DNA of 63,133 bases from Emiliania huxleyi CCMP1516 (lineage: Eukaryota). The stretch lies in the NCBI RefSeq assembly GCF_000372725.1, contig NW_005201259.1, positions 31,942 to 95,074 on the forward strand. The letters run 5' to 3'. Shown piece after piece: positions 35,584-47,962 of this stretch; the first letter of the stretch is position 1; each line of letters opens with the position of its first letter. The notes below the pieces were generated by a model. The model was not told the origin of the DNA. It was given only the letters and a program-made list of their open reading frames with translations, and ran no database searches. A program made the translations under genes and the position numbers.

Positions 35584-36379
35584 TTATATCGGCGGCATGC
35601 CCCCGAAAGACAGCCGGCGCACGACCTCGTGCGCCGCGTCCCGCGACACCGCGTGCCGCCTCGCCTTGCAGACGACCAGTGCGCAGCAGCAGGCCAGGAG
35701 CAGCAAGGCCGCGCCGAGCCCAACCGGCGGCAGCGGCGGCGGCGCGTCGTCGAGGAGCTCCTGAAGGGACTGGCCTCGCTTCCACGCGTAGCCCCTACAG
35801 CGGAAAAAACACGTGTCGCATTCACGTCGCGCCGGAGCCGAGGCCCAGGCGGACGCAGGGCAAGCGCACCGCCAGCCCGCCGCGAGGTAATGGTGGCCTC
35901 GCTCGAGCGCGTCGATGGCGGCGAGGTCGCCCGGCGAGAGAGACGGCGCGAGGGCGAGGGTCCCGGCGAGGTTTGAGGCGATCCGCTCCCGGTGCGCGCT
36001 CTTCGGGATAAGCGCCACGCCGCGTCTCATCGCCCAACCCAGCGCGACCGCGGCGGCAGACGCGCCGTGGGCGGTTGCGACCTGCGTGATCGCTGGGTCG
36101 GCGAGGAGGAGCGGGTGTGCGTCTGCCTGCACCTGGTACTTTGCTGGCCGCGCGGGCGAGCCGAGCGACGAGTACGCGGTCACCTGTTATCACCGATGAA
36201 TGGACTCGTTACTAATTAATTAAGGGCGAGCTGGAGACCTACGAGTACGCGGCCACCGCGATGCCGTGCGACGCGCAGAGCGCGCGGAGGGCCCTCATCT
36301 GGTTGTACGGGTGCAGCTCCACCTGCAGGGCCGGGGCGAGGGAGAGGGTGAGGGAGGGTGCGAAGGGTGAGGGCGGAGG

Positions 36380-36415
<36 letters not shown>

Positions 36416-37059
36416 CGGCGGCGGTGGCGAAATTGAGGGCCCTCTCTCTTGGACGCCGCCTGCACCACCGCCGGTCGGACGGCGAGGTCGGGCGACGCGA
36501 GGAATTTCGCCAGACGTCGCTCGCCGATGTTGGCCAGCCCGGCGTGGCGCACGGCGCGCGTGGCGACCAAGGCCTCGATGGTCCTCCACTCCTCCCGAAG
36601 CTGCTCCGCCGAGTAGCCAAGCTGGTCCTCCAGTGGAAGAGGCCACGGGCGTGGCCGGCCGGGCTCTGGGCTCCGCACGCAAAAGGGCCAGTGGATGAGG
36701 TACAGGTCGACGTACCCTGTCCGCAGGTCGTGGAGCGACTGCCGCAGGGCCCTCTCCGTTCGGTGCTGACTGCAGGCATCAGCAGGCGGCACCTTGGATG
36801 TGATGAAGAGCTCCGAGCGAGTCACGACGCCCTCGGCTATCAGAGCGGACAAGGTCTCTCCCACCTGCCGCTCGTTTTGGTAGACGGGTGCGCAGTCAAA
36901 GCTGCGATAGCCGGCGGCAACGGCGGCACGGATTGCCGTCGAGACCTCCTGCGGCTGCAAACCCCACGTGCCAAAGCCAATCTGAGGCATTTGGCCGGCG
37001 CTTGGACCCAGCGGGAGGGCAGGCACGGCCGCCGCCGCCCCGGGCAGTGTACGCTTCAT
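35584..37059 (-). CDS. Aldo-keto reductase (spliced)
   Basis: MPQIGFGTW, GYRSFDCAPVYQNE, ELFITSKV, YVDLYLIHWP, QVELHPY, AYSSLG and IPKS motifs. The 3' end is approximate. Confidence 0.9.
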
Positions 37060-37240
37060 CGCCGTTGGTCAACGACGCGGATTAGCGAGGTCTGTCCGAC
37101 TCGCTCGCTGCACGGTGCTGCGGCGGCCCTGGGCGTGGCCGACGCTCGGGAAGAAGAAAAGCCGCGCCGCAAGCATTTTAAACCGCACGCCGAGACCAGA
37201 CGAGCCCCCCGGCCGAGCTCGCCGCGAGGGCCGTGAGCGC

Positions 37241-38602
37241 CTAGTCCAGCGCGGCGTCGAGCGCGGCGAGGCACGTGGCGCAGAGAAAGGAGACCGCGGG
37301 GCTAGCCCCCTCGCGCTGCCACCCGCCGGGCGGCAGGTGCTCCGAGCAGCAAGGGCAGAGCAGCTCCGCCGGCGGAGCGGCCAAATCTATCACGCGGGCG
37401 GCGGGAGGCGGCGGCCAACGAGGCAGTGGCGGCTGCCGAGGTCCAAGCGGCAGGGCGCTGGAGACCCACGGCTGCGCAAGCTGCGACGGCGGCTGCGGCG
37501 CCCGCGGCGGAGGCGGCGGTGGCGGCAGATGTGCCATTCCGGGCGAGGTTGGGCGGAAGCCTGCCCGCGACGCCAGCTGCGCGCCGAGGGGCGGGCAGGC
37601 GACCCGCCCGAACGATGCCGCTGCTGGGCGAGGAAACGGCGGCGGAGGGAATGGCGGCCGAGGGAGCGGGAGCAGGCACCTCTGCCGTCGCGTGAGCTGG
37701 CTCAAGAAGGCCTGCATTGCCAGCTCCGCCGGCGGCGCCGCCGTGTCCGGCGACCAGAACGCGTCGCCCAGAGGCGGCCCGTTGTAGTAGTCCCCGTCGC
37801 CCACCGGCTCGCCGAGACGGTCAAACAGGAGCGCGTGCAGCAGTCCCGAGGCATCCGGCCGCTGCTGCCGCCGCCGCCGCTGGTGAGCGGCTCGCGCCGC
37901 CGCTTCTCGCGCCGCTAGCGACTCCGCCTGCGCCTCGGCCTCCGCTCGCTTCCGCTTGGTGTGCGCAAGCTTGACGCGGCAGTGCTGCCCCCACTCGCGA
38001 CACGCACTCGCGAGGCCGTCGCACTCGGCGCAGTAGCACAGGGGACAGTGCGCCGCTTCGCGTCCGGCGGAGAAGGGGTGGTGCAGGCAGTCTTCGCGCC
38101 GGTGCGGCAGGTCGCGAGCAGCATTCACGCCGCGCGAGCCCACGAGCTCCACCTCGGCGTCCGCGTCGGCGCCGGCAGCCACAGCGGGCGGCGGCGCGAC
38201 GGGCGGCGCAGAGGGGGCCTCGATCAGCTGCACCTCATCGTCGCTGTCCTCTGCCCGCTCCGGGGAAGTCAGGTCGATGATGTCGGCGGCTGATGGTGCG
38301 GGACCAGAGGCGGCGGCGGCGGCGGTGGCGGCCGGGGGCTCGGCGGTGGCGGCCGGGGGCTCGGCGGTGGCGGCCGGGGGCTCGGAAGTGGCGGCCGGGG
38401 GCTCGGCGGTGGCGGCCGGGGGCTCGGCGGCGGCGGCCGGGGACTCGGCGGCGGCGGCGGCCGTGGCGGTGGCCACGACGGCGGGCACGGCGGTGGCGGT
38501 GGCCGTGGCGGTGGCGGCGGGTAGCACGGCGGAGACGGCGGCCGTGGCGGTTGCGGCCGAGGCGGCGTCGGGCGACTGAGTGGCAGGACGTTGGCGCTCC
38601 AT
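37241..38602 (-). CDS. Hypothetical Cys-rich protein (RIN13-like zinc-binding segment)
   Basis: RDLPHRREDC..HPF...HCPLCYCAECD...C.EW..HC motif, with an N-terminal (EPPAATA)n repeat. Confidence 0.6.
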   Translation of the reverse strand: MERQRPATQSPDAASAATATAAVSAVLPAATATATATAVPAVVATATAAAAAESPAAAAEPPAATAEPPAATSEPPAATAEPPAATAEPPAATAAAAASGPAPSAADIIDLTSPERAEDSDDEVQLIEAPSAPPVAPPPAVAAGADADAEVELVGSRGVNAARDLPHRREDCLHHPFSAGREAAHCPLCYCAECDGLASACREWGQHCRVKLAHTKRKRAEAEAQAESLAAREAAARAAHQRRRRQQRPDASGLLHALLFDRLGEPVGDGDYYNGPPLGDAFWSPDTAAPPAELAMQAFLSQLTRRQRCLLPLPRPPFPPPPFPRPAAASFGRVACPPLGAQLASRAGFRPTSPGMAHLPPPPPPPRAPQPPSQLAQPWVSSALPLGPRQPPLPRWPPPPAARVIDLAAPPAELLCPCCSEHLPPGGWQREGASPAVSFLCATCLAALDAALD

Positions 38603-38629
38603 TTTCTTTACGCTCCCATATGGTCCCCC

Positions 38630-39325
38630 ATGCCAGTTTCGGGGGGCAAACCCTGCCCGGCCCCTAGAGCCCCAGGTAAGGCCCAGGTGTGGCCCAGGGC
38701 ATCAGAAGGGACCAAGAGGAGTCCAGTCTGAGCCATAGAGCCCATGTCTTTGCCCCCGAAGGTCGCGTTCAAATGCCCGGAACGGACGTCACAGTGGTGT
38801 CCGGCCGGCGCGATCACCGAGCTGTGACGCTCAGGGAAGTCAGATGAGGTACTGGTTTCTTTGGCCAGGGCTGGCCTTCCCCCCAGGCTGGATCNNNNNN
38901 NNNNNNNNNNNNNNNNNNNNNNNNNNNNNNNNNNNNNNNNNNNNNNNNNNNNNNNNNNNNNNNNNNNNNNNNNNNNNNNNNNNNNNNNNNNNNNTTTCGG
39001 GCATCCGTGACAATATCTGAAGATCTGTGTATAGGATTCGCCCCAAACCTTGCTCAGCTGATCCAGCCTGGGGGGAAGGCCAGCCCTGGCCAAAGAAACC
39101 AGCACCTCATCTGGCTTCCCTGAGCGTCACAGCTCGGTGATCACGCCGGCCGGACACCACTGTAACGGCCGTTCCGGGCGTTTGAACGCGACCTTCGGGG
39201 GCAACGACATGGGCTCTATGGCTCAGACTGGACTCCTCTTGGTCCCTTCTGATGCCCTAGGCCACACCTGGGCCTTACCTGGGGTTCTAGGGGCCGGGCA
39301 GGGTTTGCCCCCCGAAAGTGGCCCG
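38630..39325. repeat. Inverted repeat (~260-bp arms) spanning an N gap
   Basis: 38637-38894 is the reverse complement of ~39060-39317 with a few substitutions. Confidence 0.75.
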
Positions 39326-39404
39326 GGGAACCCGGTTTTGCATGCAGGCTCCGGAGTTTACCCTCGTTTAATTAACAGCAAACACGGAGCCTGCATGCAA
39401 TACG

Positions 39405-41395
39405 CACACGGCAGCCATCCTTGGTGTTCGTAGACATGGCTGGAGACGCACTACCGCAGCCATACCGCCCGGCTCGAGGTTGTGAGCCCTCTTGGCTGAG
39501 CTGGCTACATCGCAGCCATCTTGCGTAAACATGGCTGGGGGACAGCCATTTCAGCCATTTCAGCGATCTACCATGGCTGGGTCACAGAGATCGCAGCTAT
39601 CCATCCTCCAGACGCAAATGGTGATAATTCGATGGCAGCCGATGGCCCGTGCTGAGGGAGCGTGTAGAGGATGTAGAGTGTAGAGCGCTGTAGAGCTGTA
39701 GAGATGTAGAGCGCTCTGGAGCGCTGTAGAGCTGTAGAGCTCTACATCCGCCGCGGGACGAAGCGCCTCCGTTGTAGAGCGATGTAGAGCGCGATTTTGC
39801 TGTAGAGTTGGTTGTAGAGGCTCTACAGCCAAACCGCCGGGAAGGCAGTGACTCGAAGAGGTCGAGCCGCACTAATGGGGTGTCTCCGAGCTTACTGGAG
39901 CTCTGATGGACGGCCCTGACTATCACTGACACAGAGAGTCACTCCGACGGCACACAACACCCTATAACTGCGTCATGACCAGCCTGCCCATGCGTCGCCG
40001 GTGCCGCATTCATCGCAGTGCTTCTTTAGCAGGCGGTGGACTGTCGGCTGCGAGGACAGTCGCATTTGCGCGAGGCGAGGCGGGCATTGCTGCGCGTTGC
40101 ATGCGCCATGGCTCGCGCCAGCGCGTGCGGGAGCTCCTGGCTGAGCGTTGAGTCCAGGCGAGTTGCGCTGGCCACGATCGCTGTGCCAAGCCGAGCTGAC
40201 GCGCCGAGGCGCCGGCCAGTCGCAGCCGTGAGGCATGCCACAGCAGCAGAGGCACCTGCCACCCATTGGGCGGGCAGACAGAAGGCCAGGGCAGCACTGG
40301 CAAGTGCAACGCGCCTCATGTCGGAGAGCGACCGTACCTCGTTCGCCGCTCATCTCTGTCTCTCAACTGTACTTTTAGCTCACTGGGACTGTATCATCTA
40401 GAGTTTGTTGTGGAGGTTTTACGTTGTAGAGCGCCTCTACATCGCTTTACAACGCAGGCGCTTCGTCACGCGCCGGATGTAGAGCTCTACAGCTCTACAG
40501 CAGTGTGCAATCTTTACCGGTATGAGACTGGTATTTGGCGATATTTTGATTAGTTTTGGGGTGGTATGGTATAGTGGTATGCGAAAGTGGTATGCGGGGT
40601 TTTCAGTAGTTGTAGCGGCTGTCGGTGTGGTCCCGGGGGCGAAACCATGCAAAAGTGCGGGTATTACCCGGGTATACCCGNNNNNNNNNNNNNNNNNNNN
40701 NNNNNNNNNNNNNNNNNNNNNNNNNNNNNNNNNNNNNNNNNNNNNNNNNNNNNNNNNNNNNNNNNNNNNNNNNNNNNNNNGGAGAGCGACCGTACCTCGT
40801 TCGCCGCTCATCTCTGTCTCTCAACTGTACTTTTAGCTCACTGGGACTGTATCATCTAGAGTTTGTTGTGGAGGTTTTACGTTGTAGAGCGCCTCTACAT
40901 CGCTTTACAACGCAGGCGCTTCGTCACGCGCCGGATGTAGAGCTCTACAGCTCTACAGCGCTCTACAGCGCTCCAGAGCGCTCTACATACATCTCTACAG
41001 CTCTACAGCGCTCTACACTCTACATCCTCTACACCCTCCCTCAGTCAGGGCCCGCGATGGCAGCCGTCCCGCGAGGCTGGGGGGGGGGGGGGGGGGACAA
41101 GCGCGCAGCCATTTGTGCGTTGTGGCGGGGGCGGCGGACGGCTGCCATCGATTGTCACCAGCCATGCTCCGGTGGCGGTGCCGGAGGATGGCTGCACTGG
41201 CTGTGACCTACATAGCCATAGTAGATGGCTGAAATGGGCTGTCCCCCAGCCATCTTACCCAAAGAGATGGCTGCAACGTAGCCACAAGCCAGGAACCAGC
41301 TCAGCCAAGAGGGCTCACCTCGAGGCGGGCGGTATGGCTGCGGTAGTGCGTCTCCACACAGCCACTGTCTACCAAGGATGGCTGCCGTGTGTGTA
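39405..41395. mobile_element. Nested inverted-repeat elements: outer cagccat-rich arms, inner ctctacag-rich element (~39652-41048)
   Basis: Outer arms ~39405-39560 and ~41225-41395 are reverse complements. Inner termini ctgagggag.gtgtagagg / cctctacaccctccctcag are flanked by ggcccgtg and ggcccgcg. Confidence 0.6.
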
Positions 41396-41777
41396 TTGCA
41401 GCCACATTAGGCTGGAGGATCTCCCCTGTGGCGCTGCACTGCAGCTAGGTAGCTCAGCCATCCTTAGAGGTAAGATGGCTGTGCGTAGGAGCCAGCACAG
41501 CCAAATCTCTGGTGTTACATAAACTTACATTCGGAGGTTAGCCAGAGCACGAACAGTCCGCCCACCCCTCCCTTGTGGGTAGTTAGGTTGTTGTGTGTTG
41601 GCACATCGTCAAGACCGACAAGAGAGCTCACACACGAAGTACATCACACAGCGCGGGAGGAAAGCGGCGAGTCTCAATTCCAGAGGGGTCGTTGTGGCGG
41701 CGGCTTCGGTGCTTCGGCTTGCCTTGCCTTGTGTTTTCTTTCTTTCTGTACAACACTAGCAAAAAGAAATCAAACAA

Positions 41778-43006
41778 TCACACCTGCGACGCCCTTCCTG
41801 GCCGTGTCATCGTCGGCGTGGCGCGCCGCGAACCGGCGTCCGCCTTTGGCGTCACCTTGTAGCGCTTACCACCGCCGTACCGCTCCCGTCCGTAGAGCGT
41901 CACTCGGTAGACGACCGCGAGACCCACTGCCATAGGTCCGGGCACCCAGGCGAACTGGTTGGTCAGCACAAATTTGCTGGGTTCGTCGAGGGCGATGGTC
42001 CCGAAGACAGAGGCGCCTACAGGCAGAGCCCCCGCGTGTGGGCCTGAGCAGGTCCCGAAACGAGCGGTGCCCGCTCCGCGGAGGAGCAGAGGCCGCGCCG
42101 AACGCGGCGATCGCGAGGAGGAACCACACGCAGCCGACGCACTTTGGGGTCGCAAAGCTGGAGCAGAGCTGCGCGTACTTGTAGGCGTCGGAGCGCGCCT
42201 ATCAACCGCAGTTGGTGTGAGCAGCGCACCATCACACCTGCGCGTGGCGCGCATCTGGGGTGTCGCGCGCGTCCGTGCGCGAGATGGTGTCGTCGTAAAT
42301 GTCGACGGTGGCGTACATGGCGTTGAGGGTGCCCACAAAGAGGAGGACCGAGTAGAGGAGCTGTGGCAGTGGGGAGGGCGGCGGTCAGGATTCGGCAGGG
42401 CGGGACGGCTCGTCGCTCCGCCCTTTCACTGCAGCAGCGCGTCGGGGGTGGTGTTCAATCGGGCCACTCGGGGCGCACCAGGTCCCAGATGTGGTTGTGG
42501 CTGCCCGGGTCTCCGCCCATGACGTACGACAGCACGGTGGTTGTCCCGAGCAGCGCCCCAAACGCGATGCAGCACGCAATGAGCGGCGTGCGCTCCTCAT
42601 TGGACTTGCCAAAGATGGCGTACGCGAGACAGATGACGCAGGCGGTGAGCATCACGCAACCCGTGACGCGCGCCCAACCGTAGTTGGAGACTGAGAGGAT
42701 CGTTAGGACGCCCCAGAGGGTCGACCCGAGGTAGCCGGCGGGCAGTACGACGTGCTTCGACATTGTCATACGCCTCGTGTCGCCCTGCCAGTGAGTGAGC
42801 CCGCCCTCGTTCCAGTGCACCTCGATCCCGGTCACCTTGTTGCACGTCAGCCAAGCTCCGCATGCGTGCGAGAACTCGTGCATCAACGTCGTCCACAGCT
42901 TGAAGGGCTTGAAGACTGGCGAGCGCCACACGAGGCCCACGGCGGCGACGTAGCAGGAGAAGGTCACAATGAAGAAGGTCTGCTCGTCGTTGCAACAGCC
43001 AACCAT
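41778..43006 (-). CDS. Peptidase M50B-like membrane protein (spliced)
   Basis: PFKLWTTLMHEFSHA, EGGLT, PAGYLGS and MWAPSTP/YATVDIYDD region; multiple TM segments. The 3' end is uncertain. Confidence 0.8.
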
Positions 43007-43358
43007 CCGGTGGCGGCTCGTCGGAGTGCGGAGCGGATTCGGCTCGGAGGCAACGGCACAGGACGGTCGCGGCGCGAGTTCGGAATTTACGGATCTGTTT
43101 ACGCTTGACGACATCCCGAGACGCTCTGTAGCGGTTGTGTGACCTTGGGGCTCTGCTTTTGTTTCTCTCTTGAGGGGTGGGCGGCTCGAGGCAGGCAGGT
43201 CCTATCTCAGTGCTCGGTGCTCGGGCGGGCTGCTTCTGACTGACCGGTCTAAAACAAACCGCTGACTGGGACATCATGCGATGACGTGATGAGGAAAACT
43301 CCGAGGTCGCGAGCTCGCAGTCAAAAATCTTCCGCGAGCGCACGTGTTGCAATGCAAA

Positions 43359-44600
43359 ATGGGCTCCAATGCCGTCGCTCCATCCTGCGGCATCTGGCGC
43401 GCCCAGCGGTCAAACGGCCTCAACTACAGCCTATTCATTCCTGCCACAAGCCGCAGCAGCACCGCCCTTCCGCTGTTCCTCTGGCTCCACGGCCTGGGAG
43501 GAGGCGGCCTGGTCGGCGGTGACGCCTGGAGAAGGTGCCATGTCCCCATCCACCGCAGGGGCCCGCTTGGCGTCTTGTCCCGACTTGTGCCACGATTTAC
43601 CTCACAAGGCACATCGCCGGCGTGCCCTTCTACTCCTCGCAGCCGGTGGTACCGCACTACCTGATCATGCCGCTCGCAGCGCGTGGCTGGGTCGATCACG
43701 GCCCACGAACCGGCGTCTTGTTGCTAGCCCCTCCCACCGCCTTCAACCATGCCACATCACCCCCTCCCTCCAAAACGATCACCTCCCTCGTCCATAAGAA
43801 TCAGAGCCACAAGGCGCTGCTCAGAGCCAATGTGCAACGCTGATAGGGTCTCACCCGCTGAAAGGACGTCCCGTCCGCTCGCTCCAAGTTGCCGCAAGAT
43901 TGGTGCACCTAGTCGCCGCCAGGTCGCTCGTCACCGTGGCGTGGCGCCCCGTGGATCGGGAGCGGCTTGTGGTCGGAGGGGCAAGCATGGGCGGCTACGC
44001 TACTTGGGCGCGGCGCACCCTCCCCACACGAGTCCAAGCCTTTGGGAGTGACGGCAATGATGGTGATAGGAGCTCATTGCGAGGCGGCCGGGCCTGTTCT
44101 CCGCGGCTGTGCCAATCAGTGGCGGGGGTGACCCCGCCCGCGCGCACCTCCTCTCGCACATCCGCATCTGGGCATTTCACTGCCAGGATGATCCCATCGT
44201 GCCTGCCAACGGCAGCCGCGACATGTTCACCGCGCTCGTTCGGTCACGAAACGTATCGCACGACCGCGTGCGGGTGCAGCGCGTCGCGCAGGGCACGGAG
44301 CGCGAGGCGGACGAGATGAGTATCCGGCCGGTGGAAGGTGAGCCCTGGGCAGAGGTGCGATACACGGAGTACACTGGTCGTGCCGCGAACGCTCCGAAGC
44401 ACAACGCGTGGGCGCGAGCCATGAGCGACGTGCGCCTGCTGAGGTGGCTGCTGCCGCCCAAAGGCAGGTCGGTGATGGCGGCACCGGAGGCCCAAGGCGG
44501 TGGGCGGGCGGCGCGAGACGCGCGTGGCCCAAGGCGGTGGGCAGACGGCGCGAGCATCAAGAGAGGCCGCTGTTCGCCCCGACCGATGCTGGGGAGATGA
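43359..44600 (+). CDS. Alpha/beta hydrolase (predicted peptidase/carboxylesterase-like), spliced
   Basis: LFLWLHGLG, GASMGGYATW nucleophile elbow, IWAFHCQDDPIVP and HNAW motifs. Confidence 0.75.
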
Positions 44601-47600
44601 GGTGAACGTGCGTTGGCGAGCGCGTTGCCAACAAGCAATGATGCTCGAGCTCAACCTTTACTGCCCGGACATGGACATGGCATGCTCATGCATTGCTCCA
44701 TATCTCGTCGAATCTCGTCGTGTCCGTGTCATGCTGCCACCGCGCAGAGTCGCGCGAGGGCGGCATTCCGGCATAGCAGCATGTGTGTGATTGCGAGAGC
44801 GGCCCAGGTCGCATGTGCAGCATGTGTGTGAGAGGAGAGATGCCGCATGTGCTTTAACCCGCGGCTGAATTCTTTTTTGTTTGTACGGACCTAGAGGCTA
44901 GAGTTGTGAGAGAGCGTTTTAACCCGATCCCGATCATCCGGCCCGCTGGGTGCGCTCCTTAGCTCCCCGGCCCTGGATGTGAGGCTACCGACTGCACTCC
45001 AAGTGCTCCAAGTTTTGTCGTAAAGAAAACAAGAACACAACGCACTCTCTCACGCTACAAGGGAGTAAAGAAAGAAAGAAAACGGACAGCCCAAACGAGG
45101 GATGGGAGGAGGACAGGGTCCCCACCTGCACGAGCAGGATTTGGTGTTGGCGAAGAAAGAAAACAGAAAATTCAAACCCCCGACGACCCGAGGGCAGCTC
45201 CGGTGAGGCTCCCCGCGAGAATTCACGGAGCCCCGCCGCGGAGCGACTGGGTCTCACTGTGTATTGTACAGCCAATCGGTCTTCGAGCTACGCAACATAC
45301 GAGCACTTGGAGCACTTGGAGTGCAGTCGGCAACCTCACATCCAGGGCTGGGGAGCTTACTTCCATCTTCCTCTTGATCACAGCGGATTTTGGTCACAAT
45401 TTTCACATCATCGCAGAGAGACGCAACGCGCTCAAAAAGTAGCAGGAATGGCTCAGAAGGCTCCAAAAGGGGCTCCCGGCCACTAAATTTGTCCGCCCGG
45501 CCGATGCAAATGTCGTTTTGGGTGTCCGTCCACTGAAAACGGACTCCGGCAAGCACTTTTTTGGCGCCGTGGCCGTGCTCGGCGCGCGCAGCGCGCGGAA
45601 AACCGTAAATCGGTGCCATTTCAACCGTTTTCCACGGGTTTTTCTTGTGCATGTTCGGCCTGCCCAGCACCACAAGTCTAGGGGTTACACAGGAGGATGG
45701 GACAGGTGAGCGGGGCCACGCCGGCCGCGCGACGGCGTGTTGTGGAAGCTTTGGGATGCGAGAAATAGTAGAGCCGCGTAGAGTTATATCTGGAGTCTTT
45801 GCGACATATGAAGGCAATACCAAGCTAAACACCGCTCTGACAGCGCTCAACAGCTGCTTTCCTCTCCTCAAACAACGTACAGTCTCTCACGCAGACACCC
45901 CACGGCACGGACACGGCAGCCTGCCACGGACGGAGGCCGCGCCGACCGAGCGGACAACGCACTCATCCGGGTACGGTGGCTCGCGTGCTGCGCAGTGGCT
46001 GCTAAACCACCGGCTCCCTGACCCTCAGCTAAGCCCAGTGGCGATCACGCCGACAACAGGCTGTTGCATCGCAAGCTCTGTGTCGTTGCAGGAAGGCTCG
46101 GTGGCCGCCTCGCAGCAACGAACGCGTCTCGTCCGTGGATGAAGCATCTGCTGGAGGCGATTGGCTGAGCCCACCGGCGACCGATCCGTGTCTGTCACCA
46201 GACACGAGCGCGTCGGAAACTCGCGCTCGGTGCCGCCAACGGGGCGTCTGCAGGGCGGCGCAGCCGCCCCGAGGAAAATTTTGGCGGAGGACGTCTGGAG
46301 GCCGTCGTTTGTCACGCGGGGAGCCAAGCTGCGGGGATGCCGTCAGCGGCTTACCCCACTAACTCGACCACGGCGAAGCGAATGCGCTTGGAAACCACAA
46401 CTTCGGTCGACCGCGTTCGGCAAAAAGTTGTGTTCCGCCGGACCAAGACGGGTCGGTGGTGCCCTGGGCGGTTCACTAGCGCTCGCTTGTGGGTGAGAAC
46501 GGAGTTCTCTGGGTAAGCTCAGCTGTGAACTTCCCAGTTGTTTGCTCTCCCTCCCTCCCTTACCCTGTTCATGACTTGCTAGCGGGACCTGAGTATTGTA
46601 TAAAAATACTAGTGGGGGACCTGCGGCGGACCCGCCTCTGTTGTTCGCGGGCAGTGAGAGACGCGTGCCACTCATAAGTCAGTCAAAGCAGTCGCCGTTG
46701 CATGCAGCGACTCTGCTCACGTGCCACGACTGCTTTGACTGACTTATCGCGCAAACACGATCGGCCATCGCACCCACCGCAAACACCTCGCCGCACAGAT
46801 GGGGGGAGGCATAATCCCACACACACCGGAGCAGCGCAGACACCTTACACGTCAGCGCTCGCTCGATGTGGCCGGCGCTCTCCCCTCTCCTATCGCCTTT
46901 TCAACGGCGGCGTGCGGCCACGCGCCGCGCCGAGCCGGTCTCGGCGGGAGACCTCGGAGCCGCACGCGATGCGGGCATGCGCGATGGCTCCGTTGGCTCC
47001 GTGCCTAAGGCAGATAGATTAGGGTGTGAGCTGCGGCAGCCACCGTTTCTGTACCTCGATCACGTGCAGGCCGTCGGAGGCCGCGCTGGATGGCCCAGGG
47101 CCGGCGGCGGTGAAGGCGTCCGTCGATGAAGGGATGTCCTCGAGGGAGCCATCGTCCTACGCGGCTGGTGCACCGGTCCAGTTGTCGGAGTTCGAGATCG
47201 CCGTCGACTTGGAGAGTGTGTTCGGCCCGTTGACGAACTCACGGAATGTGAGCGACTTGGTGCACGCTGATTTGAGCATCATGGCTCGCACCTCATCCTA
47301 GGCAAGGAACTCGCCCAGGGGCCAGCTGTTGGCTGTTGGCGTCGGCGTTTTGATCGAGCTGCATCCACTGCATGGTTTCCACGTACAGTAGTCAAGCGTA
47401 AACGCCCAGGAGTTGGTGCCTGGGTGACTTGCTGATGAGAGCACCTTCCAGGCGGGTAGTCGTGCCCCTCACCTAAGGTCATACGGCGGCGTCAGAGGGG
47501 GGGGAGGGGCGCGAAGCGTGAACATGGAGGCAAGCAGGTGGTGGCTGCACCTGGCCAAAGCCGGCGACCTCAAAGTTGTCGTAGGTTGTGCGGGTATCGC

Positions 47601-47962
47601 TGAGCGTGAGAGGGACTGGATCGGCAGCAGCGCGGGCGGCAGCGGCCGGAGAGGCCGGAGAGCCGTCCGACGGAGGCCGGTCGTGCATCGGCGCGTCGGC
47701 CGTAGGGGCCGGGGGGGCGGCGGCATCCATGTACATATATCGCTGCGGGTCGCTGCGGGCCGACGATTGTGGACTGATCGATCGTCGGCGGGCGGTGTCT
47801 CGAGTGTTCAGCTGGGACGTTCTACGTTAAAAGAGCGTCGGCGCCGACACGAGAGACTTATAAGGGTAGACTGTAAGGCATATCGGTTCCCTGTGGGCGT
47901 TCACTAGCGCTCGCTTGTGTGGATTTGGGAACTGGGGTGTGGAGGAAGTAACACACACACAT

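Noticed and set aside
40323..40958. ~178-bp direct duplication on either side of an N gap
   Set aside because: Probably an unmerged contig overlap or repeat copy; cannot be treated as biological.
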